From the NCBI RefSeq assembly GCF_009914755.1, contig NC_060935.1: a stretch of 64,000 nucleotides of DNA; one strand, 5' to 3'. Position numbers and translations under genes: made by a program. Origin of the DNA: the human T2T-CHM13v2.0 reference genome, Homo sapiens. Position 1 is the stretch's first letter. Every line of letters starts with the position of its first letter. The notes below the pieces were generated by a model, which did no database searches, was not told the origin of the DNA, and worked only from the letters and a program-made list of their open reading frames with translations. Below are positions 53,155-64,000 of the stretch, piece after piece.

Positions 53155-54507
53155 GACAACCCAGGTCCCTGTGGGTTGTCTGTGCCCCTTCAGCAAAGGC
53201 CACAGCTTCCATGTGGCAGCCCTCTCCGCTCAGCCCCCATTGCACCTGCAGTGTCCTTCTCTTAGTCCTTCAGGCCAGATCCCCTGTGAGGTGACTAGTC
53301 CTGGGCTACTGCACCATCCCTTGAGTTTTCTCTATAGCCTGCTTACATCTTTGCAAACAGTCTTTGTATTAAACTGTCCTCAAATTACCCAGTTTGGGTG
53401 GGCTGTTTCCCATAGGGACACTGACTAATATAAGGTAGAGGTAGTTAGGAAGGGTGCCATGGAGATGACAGTTAAAGATGTTCTTGCCTGGACAATGATC
53501 TTTCTAAAGCATAAAACTCCTGCTAAAAACCTCTATGGCTCCCCATTGCCCTGAGAATAAAGTCCAGACTCTGTAGCCTGCCACCCAAGACTATATACCA
53601 TCAGGCCCCTGACCACAAAGCAGCAGCAGCATGTGGGGAAGCCACCAGGAAGAGGGAGAGTAGGGGGCTTGGACGTGGGAGGCAAAGACTTCCAAGAGGA
53701 GTGCAGCCATGCCACACAGCTGCTCTGGCTGGCAAATTCCTGTGAGTAAGGAGGCGGGTGAGTTTCCAGGCTAGAGGGCCATGCCAGGCTGCCTCTGCTT
53801 GCCAGAACCCTGCCCGCCCACTCTCCAAGTGAGTTGAGCACTGAAAGGAGTTTAACCCCAATGGGCCCTAGCCTTGTGGCATGAGAACTGGTTACATCCC
53901 AACCCCATCTGGTAAGCTATTGGATTCCCTGAGCTTTCATTTTGCCAACTGCAAAATGGGACTAACCTCCCAGGGCTGTGGAGGCGATGGATGGGAATTT
54001 GCTTTCGTCCAGTAGTTCTGCTGTTACAGGTGCTCCCTCTCCCAGCCTTGGGAGGCAGGAAAAGCGTACAGGTTTGAGGCTCTGGAAGACTTGGTGTGAA
54101 TCTCAGCTTTACTACTTACTCCTTGTGTGATCCAGGACAAGTCACTTTACTTCCCTGCACCCCATGTGCAAAGCGGTGGGGGTGATCACCCCTTGTGTGG
54201 TGGCTGTGAGGACTGGGCAAGCTCACACAAGCCAGGGCCTAGCACAGAGCAGGGAGCTTGATACACGTTTGTTTCTGTCTTTCTACCTGTGCCTCTCTTA
54301 GGGCAAGTGTCCTCTCTGCCTTATAGGCTGGCCACTTACCCTCCTCATGTGTGCAATGGAGGAGCTAAGACTGCTATCACTGAAGCATATCTCAGAGGTG
54401 CATGCGTCAAACCTCTCACAAGCTACAAAGCTGCACGTGTAATCCCCAATGGCTGTACAACACTGGTGATTGAAGTGGGTGGAGGATGAGCCATCCTTGT
54501 GGATGCC

Positions 54508-55579
<1,072 letters not shown>

Positions 55580-58500
55580 CTGGCAGGACCCACGAGGCCG
55601 TTCAGATCTGGGCCCTGTCAACCTCTCCAGCCTCATTTCCTACCCCTCTTCTGCCTGTATCTTTCTTTCAGCCACACCAGGGTGCTCACAGGGTTCCTAC
55701 CTCCAGGCCTTTGTCCATGCTGTACCCTCTGCCTGACACCTTTCCCCTTTCCCCCTGCCTCACAGAATCAGACTTCTCATCTTAGGTCTGCAGCAATATC
55801 ACTTCTTCTTGACCTTCCCAATTTACCATTCCCTCTACTTCCTCTATGACTCTACTATACTTTTTCAGGGGGCAATCCACCTTGGACTAAGCGTCTATGC
55901 CGAGCTAGGCCCACACTGGGACATAGAGTGATGAGGTTCCTGCCCTTGGGAAACGCCTGGCTCCGTGGAGAGGCAGGCAGACAGTGACAGCACAGGGGGA
56001 AAGGCCAAACTTGGCATAGCCTTCCATGTTACCCTGTGCCACAGGCTGGCTGTCTTGGGATCATTGGCTTTAGGACACCATCTCTCGATTGGGTCTCCTC
56101 AAAGCCAAGGACTAAGTCCGATTACTCTCTGTGTCCTAACCAAGGCCGGGCCCAGAGAAGGTGCATAGCAAAAATGTGCTGAAGTAGATGAACTTGGGAT
56201 CTGAATGTTTCAAATAGGCCTTGGTAACCCCAAATCTTGCCATTTAAGACAATGATCTCTTACATTACAGCACAGTGATAACACTCTTTTACATGCTGTG
56301 ATTTCACTTCATCCTCAAATACTCAAGTGAAGTCAGCAAAACAGAAACTGTCACCTCCATTTCATAATGCAGAAAAGGAAACCTAGACAAGATAGCGATA
56401 CTGACTTGCCCAGGGTGAGTGGGTGGGCCATGAGTTCCAGCCCAGGCCTCCTCCACAGGAGACCCTTCTGGAGCAGGCACGAGCCACAGACTGACCTGGG
56501 ATCTTCCAGGCCAGCAGGAGTCTTGCCTCCAAGAGCACCCTCTCTGAGGAGAGGATGCCAGGATTTACTGGCACCTTCAGTATCCTCCTGGCTTCACTCC
56601 TCTTTGCCCAAAAACAAACCACACCTGTTTCTACCTCCCAGCCTTTGCACTTACCAGTCCCCATGTCTCCCCCCATCCCCCACATGTGGCATGCCACTAG
56701 CCTACCCTCAGTTTCCTAAAAGGCACTAAGATCTTTCCAGCCTCATGGCCTCACCACATGCTGGGAGCTCTGCCTGGAATGCTTTTCTTTCTACTCTTGG
56801 CCAATTCGGGCCTTGGGGCCCAGTAACACGGTTGAGAGATTTACTCCTGTGGCCTTGAGAGGGCTGAACAAATGGAAGCATCTCTAGGTTGCACCAGAGG
56901 CATCTATTACCTGCTGCCCTGTGCCTGTAACTTCTGTCATTCTCCTCTCCCCCTGTGAGAACATGATAAAGACCACAAAGGCAGGGAATTCCTCTCCTCT
57001 TATGCTGTGACCCCACAGCTATCTCGCTCCAGCTATGCCTAAGAAATCTGTCTTATCACTGACATGCTTGTTGTCCCCACTCGTTCCCTGAGCCTCCATC
57101 CAACAAGTCGCTCCACCACATGCTGGTGGATCTCGCTTCCTATGCTCTTCCCTAGATCAGGCCTTCCCTCCATTCCCTCTACCACTGCCGTGCCTTGAGG
57201 CTCATCCTCTCTCACATGGATCCCCCGCCCCTACAGCCTCCCCACTGCCCTCCTGACCTACAGCCTCTCCTGTCCATTTCCCATACCATGGCTAAGGACA
57301 CTTAAAACCCACCTGACCAGCCATTTCCCTACTAAAGCTCTCCCAAGACCCGGCTCCCCCCCAATATCTCAAGAGTGGCACTCCCAAACCTCTCTCAGTT
57401 CAAGCACCCGCGCCTCTCACTTCAGCCTCATTTTCCACAGTTGCCTGGGCTCCAGCCACTCCAGGGCCCCCAGCCCTGCCCCAAACATGCTGGCTTTTCT
57501 AACACTTTATGCCTATCTTTCTGCTTTGCCCTCACACCTTCCATCTGCAAAATTCCTATTCATTAATGGGCAAACCATTCTGGAATGCTTTCTATGTGCC
57601 AGACACTACCTAGGCTCTTTTTATACCTTATCTCATTTACTTCTCAAAGTACCTCACAAAAATAATAATTATTATTCCCATTTTACAGATATGGAAACTG
57701 AGGCTCAAGAGAGGCAGGGCAAGAACTGGACTCCTAGTCTATCTGATTCCAAACCTGCTGTGCACCAACCTCTCTGGGAAGTGCACCAGCGCCCCCACTC
57801 CCCCAGCCCAGGGCAGAGTCTTCTCTACTCTGTGGTTCCATAGCCCCCTGGTTTCTCGCTTGTCCCGGCCGTTGTCACCAGTGACTGTGTGCGGCTGTCT
57901 CTGCTGCCCCCCAGCGTGAGCATCCCAAGGGCAGAACCTGGGCTGATCTGGCTGGGTCCCCAGCACCCAGCAGGGTATAGGTGCTCTGTGAGGTTTCTTA
58001 ATAAAGAGATGGAAAGCCAGAAGCAGTTTGGGTGGTTGAGATACCCAGCCCTAACCTAACTAATCCTGATACCAGTGACCAAAAGCGGGACCTTCGCATC
58101 TTTGCTGCCAAAAGACAGCCCCTCCTAAAGAGTAAAGGCCCGACCCCCTGCACGCCCTCTGCCTGCACCGCACGTGCTTGGTTTTCCCCGCCCGGGTACT
58201 GGCCGCCGGGCCGTACCAATCTCCGCGGGGGAGCGCCCGGGGTCGGACTGAGGGAGCGAGGGGAATAACCGGGCGCGCCCCTTGGAAGCAGGGCTCAGAG
58301 CTGCTCTCCTCTCACGCATTCCCCGGATCCGCGCGGAGCAGGCTGCTGGCCAGCCCCGGGCCCGCGCCAAGCAGAGCCTCAGGTGCGGTTCCCCCACAAG
58401 CAAGTGGCGCGGGCGGCGGCTTAGAACGGCCCGCCCCGCCCGCCGCGTCGGCGCCTGCCCCGTTGTGAGGTGATAAAGTGTTGCGCTCCGGGACGCCAGC

Positions 58501-58652
58501 GCCGCGGCTGCCGCCTCTGCTGGGGTCTAGGCTGTTTCTCTCGCGCCACCACTGGCCGCCGGCCGCAGCTCCAGGTGTCCTAGCCGCCCAGCCTCGACGC
58601 CGTCCCGGGACCCCTGTGCTCTGCGCGAAGCCCTGGCCCCGGGGGCCGGGGC

Positions 58653-58697
58653 ATGGGCCAGGGGCGCGGGGTGAAGCGGCTTCCCGCGGGGCCGTGA
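58653..58697 (+). other. Upstream ORF in the DGAT2 5' UTR (MGQGRGVKRLPAGP*)
   Basis: ggcATGg strong context, 14 codons plus TGA, ending 17 nt before the main ATG; translation not demonstrated. Confidence 0.6.
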
Positions 58698-58714
58698 CTG
58701 GGCGGGCTTCAGCC

Positions 58715-58835
58715 ATGAAGACCCTCATAGCCGCCTACTCCGGGGTCCTGCGCGGCGAGCGTCAGGCCGAGGCTGACCGGAGCCAGCGCTCTCACGGAGG
58801 ACCTGCGCTGTCGCGCGAGGGGTCTGGGAGATGGG
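58715..58835 (+). CDS. DGAT2: DGAT2 (diacylglycerol O-acyltransferase 2) coding exon 1; gene continues beyond the window
   Basis: gccATG; MKTLIAAYSGVLRGERQAEADRSQRSHGGPALSREGSGRW matches the DGAT2 N-terminus; donor G|gtgagt; 121 nt. Confidence 0.96.
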
Positions 58836-61800
58836 GTGAGTGCCACGGCGCAGGGGTTATGGACCTGCGAGAAGATTTTCTGGAAAGGGCCCTGTGGCAG
58901 GCTGGTGGGTACTGATGAGTCCACGTTCATTCTCCACTGTGGCACTCATCAATTTTTACGACCTCTGTTACATCGCTTTCCACCCGCCCCCCAGCTTGTT
59001 TCCCTCATCCGTGAGGTGGGAGCGGTACCACCCACCATTCTTAGTTATTAGGGATATTCGAGAACTCCTCCCCAGCCCCCACTGCGGCTGGTGACCCCTG
59101 GCACTTCCCTCCCCTCTCCCTTCACCAGGTAGAGCGAGCTTTGGCAGTGATAGACTGGATGGGCAGGATGGTATGGGTTTTGCCGTCTCCTGAGACAGCC
59201 ACCAGACGGGGAACATGCCCGACTGGAACAGGTGTGTCTGCCCTGTCCTCTGTCCCACATCCATCCTCTCGCCCAGGCTCTGGAGCCCACATAGCAGCAA
59301 CTCTTGAGCCTGGCATGCTTAGAAGGCAGCGGAGAGGACCCTGCATGTCCTCCAAGGTAGAACTGAGGTCCTCAGTGAATCGCGCAGAGTTGAAATCAAC
59401 CCCCGCCCCGCACCCCCCGCAGCTTTTCCCAAGCGAGGAATAGCAACTCTTCCAACCCCCACCTCCCTTACCTAGAGCTGGAGAAACTGAAGTGGGAGGA
59501 AGCATGCCTAAGTTTTCCTTAGCTGATGCCTTGACCCCTGGATTCAAGTACAAATCCGGTAGACCCTGGGAAGTCATCACAGCTGTCCTGGTCTGCGTGT
59601 GTGTCTTGCATGAAGCCCCTCTCCCTCTTTCTAAGTCTGTATTCTGTTTGCTGAGCCTCTCTGACATGGATTTTTCTTTAGTAACTAACGGTCGCCTACA
59701 CCGCCCACCTTTGTTACAAAAATAAAGCTTGCTAATTATGGAATTTTTGAAAATATAGACAAATGAAAAAAATTTCTGGTAAATCGACTATCCAAAGATA
59801 CCTTCCTATTAGCATTTTAGTATATCTCTTGATCATTTTCTTTATACACATTGCATAGATACAATTGAGGACATGCTGTAGATATAGTTATGAATCTTGT
59901 TTTCTCCCCCTTAATGTAACATCGAGGTTTCCCTTCTGTTAATCAGAATCACTTACAATGTCCTAGTGGTTGCAATAACCCACCCTGCAGCTGTACCACA
60001 CTTTAACTGTGACCTAGGCATTGGCATTGCTTCTTGTGTGATTATCGCTGTGGTTATCTGCCCCTCTTGGTGTGGGTGCTGCTCGTAGCCCTTGAAGAGG
60101 AACCCAGCTGCTGCCCTGTCTCGGGGGCGAGCAGCTTGAGCTGCCCCATGTATCCAGCCAGTAGCCTCTGACAGCCCCTTCTCTCACTTGAGTCCTTTTC
60201 TGTTCCCTGTGTCCTTTGATGTCCTTAGGGACATCAATGGATGAATGGACTTGCCCTTGTTCATGCTGTTAAAAATGTTTTTGCACTGGGCAGTGGGATA
60301 GGGATGTTCTCTGTGGTAGTGCTTCCTGGAGACCCCATTCCGTCGGCTCTGCCATCCACAGGCTGGGAGCTGTGTCTTCCAGGAGGCAGTGACCCTGGCT
60401 GTCATGTTTTTGACTTAGAGTTTGTTCCTTAGGAGAACTTGTACTCTAGCGAATGGTTTTAACCAAGCCACTTAATATCATGTCAGGAACATTTCCCCAT
60501 GTTGTTATCAGATCTTGAAAACTTTTTTTTTTTTAAACTGGGTGCAAGGATTTACATCATGGAATGTAGGAAGGGCTGGTATGAAATGCAAACCAGTCAG
60601 TTCAGCTTTCTGGGATCTACTTTGGTGAAAGATTGGGTGGAGTAGGGGAGGGCACTGAAGCACATTTTGTTATCTGGGCATCTCCATTAGACCTGCCTTC
60701 TAGATCCTTGGTCCTTGAAGATACTCCCCAGTGGCCTAGTTTGCCTCTGTGGGTAAGGTCCCACTGTTGTGAGCTGGTGAACAGCCCGTCAGTGACAGTA
60801 TTCAAGTAGAGACCATGGATTCTGTGAAGGGAAGTCCTGTGACGGGTGAGAGATTGAAATAGATACCTTGGCATCTGGTTTCTTGGCCAAAAAAAAAGGC
60901 CAGCTGTGGGAGTATGGGTAGGTGGGTGCATGCTGGGGGAAGCGGGAGTCTGTGTTGATATTTCCTAATCCTTGGAGGGCTGTCCTGTGCCAGACGTGGA
61001 GTTTGCAGAGTTCATCAGGACAGGAGGGATATATATCCTATTCTTTATCCTTGCCTTTGGATTGGGGGCTCTTCGTTCAGAAGAGCCCTCTGACACCTGC
61101 CTGTGTCCTCAGGGTTCAGCACAGGACCTAGCATGAGATGTTGGTGGTCCCAGTAAAATTTTGAGCTGATTTGTTGTGTGCGGCTCCAAAGAGTGAGGCC
61201 AGGAATAGGAGTGGGATGATGGGTGCAAGTTTTGATGTAGCAGAGGAGTCCTTTCTGACAGCTGTTGAGGACTGCAACAGGCTGGGGTGGGTGAGGATGG
61301 AGTTCCACATCACTGTGGATCTGCTTGAAACTAAGTGGCTAGATTGTTGGGGGTAACTGGGAACTGAGGGTTGACAGTCACCTAACCTAGTCCTAAGTCA
61401 GAATGAGAACATTACTCTCATGCTTCCCTCTCCAATTCCGTGTGGCTTCCCCCCTCACCTACATCACTTCCCCAGCTGAATAGAGGCCACTTTGGGGCTG
61501 CGTCACCAAGGGCTCATCTAGGCTGAGAAAGGAGGGCCAAGAGTAATGTTGTATTAACAGGCTCAGTGACTCAATGGTCAGTGTTGAAATCCTGCCCCAC
61601 CTCCACCCTCCTGCCCTCAAATTCAACAGCAAGTACTTGAGTTGTAAAAATTAGTGCTGGATCGGGCCCAACCCTCATGTTACAGATGGGATCACTGGAG
61701 TCTCCAGAAAGAAGGGACTTTCCCAGGGTTATCAAAGCCAGGCTAGAACTCAGATCCATCTCCCAGTCTGTGGCCTGACTCCTTAAGCCAAGAGAAGGGT

Positions 61801-62281
61801 TGCAAGGCCGTGAAGGGCTGAGTGCAGGGCTCTGTGCATTGTAGGTGCTCAGTGGTTTGCTGAATGAGTGAAGGTTGTCTCCATGGTGCGGGTGGCAGCT
61901 CATCCCTTCTCAAACTTTTTGAGGAAGCTCCCCAAGCCTGCCCTAGTGGATTAGAGCACTAAGATCCCCCAGAGCTTTGGCTGCCAGGTGAATGCCAGTT
62001 GCCCCCTACCCACACTCAGTCACACTTCAGACTTTCCAAACTCTTCCTCCTGGCCTATGAAGTAAGCCCCAGGTGAACAGCCTCCACTGCCATCACGACT
62101 TCCTCTCCTAGTATGTCACCCACCATGCTGCAGACGCATGGTGGTCTTCCTGTTCCTGCAGCATTACTCCCAATTCAGTCTTACCTCAGCGCCTTTGCAT
62201 ATGCTGCCTGTCTGCCCAGGTCTTCGCATGGCTGGCTTTACAACAGTCAATCTCCTCTCAGAGGTCTTCCCTGGCCACCCT

Positions 62282-62783
<502 letters not shown>

Positions 62784-64000
62784 TCAGTGCTGTGACATCT
62801 AGCACAGTGCCTGGCACTGGTAATAGGTACTTAGTAAGTATCTGTTAAACGAAGGAATCATTAGTGGGACTGCCCCATTCCTCTTGGAGGAAGCCCTGCT
62901 TTTAGCTTCAGTGTGATTCCTCGAGCCTTCCTTGGGCCTCCTCTGTCCCTGTAACCACCTGTGCTAGGGACTGGGTGCTGGGGTTGTAGCTGTTCCCTGC
63001 CCTGGAGGTACCCACAGTCTGGCAAGGAGCTGGCTCCAAGGCTGAGTGGCAAGTGGGCAGAGCCAGTCTCAATGGTCACCCTTACTGCTTCCCAGGGCTT
63101 ATTAGAAGCCCGAGAGCTGGGGTTCCAGGCCTGACATTTTTCTGGGATGTGGCTGGGGGCTTCACTTCCTCTCTGGGGATCTCACTCCTTCTATCTGGAA
63201 AATAGGGTCAGAATTCTCAGATTCTCAAGGATGGAGGGTTTGAGTTAACCTGAGTGTGAGTGTTTGTGAACTTGTGACATTCATGTTAGTCCTTGTCATT
63301 TGTCCTGTGTTACACATTCAGCAGGCCCCCAACACTGTAGAGAGTGGCAGACCCTGCTCTAGGGCATCCAGGAAGGCTTCACTGAGGAAGGGACTTGGGG
63401 TGTGGACCCTTCATTTTATTGATTGAGCACCTTCTGTGTGTCAGCTGCAGTCCCTGCGTTTGAGGAAGTGAGACCAGGGGGATGTACACAAGATGACTGT
63501 GCAGAGTGATCTGAGCAATGACAGGAAAGACTGCCAAGAGGTGAGACCGGGGAGCTTGATCACCCTGAGGTCAGGGAAGTCTTCCTGGAAGAGGTGACAT
63601 TCAGTCCGGATCTGGAAAGATGAATAGACATCAGCAAGACAGGCAAGAACATTCAGGTACAGGAAATAGCATAAATAGAGGCATGAGATTTGGATGGGAG
63701 AGGCAGACTGACTGCAGGGCCTCTGAGTGACCAACTGAGGCTGAGGTCTTGGTGTACTGAGAGCCAGAGACAAGAGAGACAGAGAGGATGCTGGATCCAG
63801 GCCTGTGGTGGCTCACCTGTGTCTGCAGCAGGAGGAAGACTTGAGAGCTCATGGGAAAGGAGCCTGGTGCAGTTAGTTTATTGGCCTCCAGCACTTTGAG
63901 GGCCTCCTGGTATGGAGCTGCTGGCTGATTTGAGGGCCTCATGGGCAGGGCCCAGGGGTAGGAGTCAGGCCTGGGCTCTGTCCAGCTCCTGCTTGGCCAC

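Larger units (their letters stand above)
58120..58870. promoter_or_regulatory. DGAT2: DGAT2 CpG-island promoter
   Basis: Dense CpG; E-box CACGTG 58171-58176; CCAAT 58216-58220; GC boxes at about 58430-58445; TATA-like GATAAA 58472-58477. Confidence 0.9.

Noticed and set aside
58150-58176. ChREBP carbohydrate response element in the DGAT2 promoter
   Set aside because: Only one clear E-box; the paired E-box at 5-nt spacing is not convincing.
59122-59667. 181-aa minus-strand ORF in DGAT2 intron 1
   Set aside because: GC-rich region where long chance ORFs are common; no recognisable motif.

Overview
Primate DNA, most likely human 11q13.5, holding a tandem pair of DGAT2-family acyltransferase genes on the + strand. 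MOGAT2 is complete: 6 coding exons at 7305-20709 splice into a 1005-nt, 334-aa ORF with YFP and HPHG motifs, followed by a poly(A) signal at 22356. DGAT2 is represented by its CpG-island promoter, exon 1 and the start of intron 1 (ATG at 58715). The rest is mostly transposon-derived: a degraded ERVL pol region with an LTR, about 27 Alus, L2/MIR/MLT/MER remnants and a 7SL retropseudogene. There is also a full-length L1PA2-like LINE-1 (ORF1 intact, ORF2 broken) nested in an AluY that itself sits in an older L1. I found no new multi-gene system. The most unusual unexplained structure is a perfect 135-bp inverted repeat (52838-53154, 47-nt spacer) about 5.3 kb upstream of DGAT2, apparently built from an old L2 remnant and carrying further small fold-backs at its junctions. 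Other points of interest are a near-identical 56-bp direct duplication, a strong-Kozak uORF in the DGAT2 leader, the MOGAT2 intron-4 read-through frame and an endonuclease-only truncated L1 ORF2. Repeat subfamily names are recognised by eye and boundaries of old repeats are approximate.
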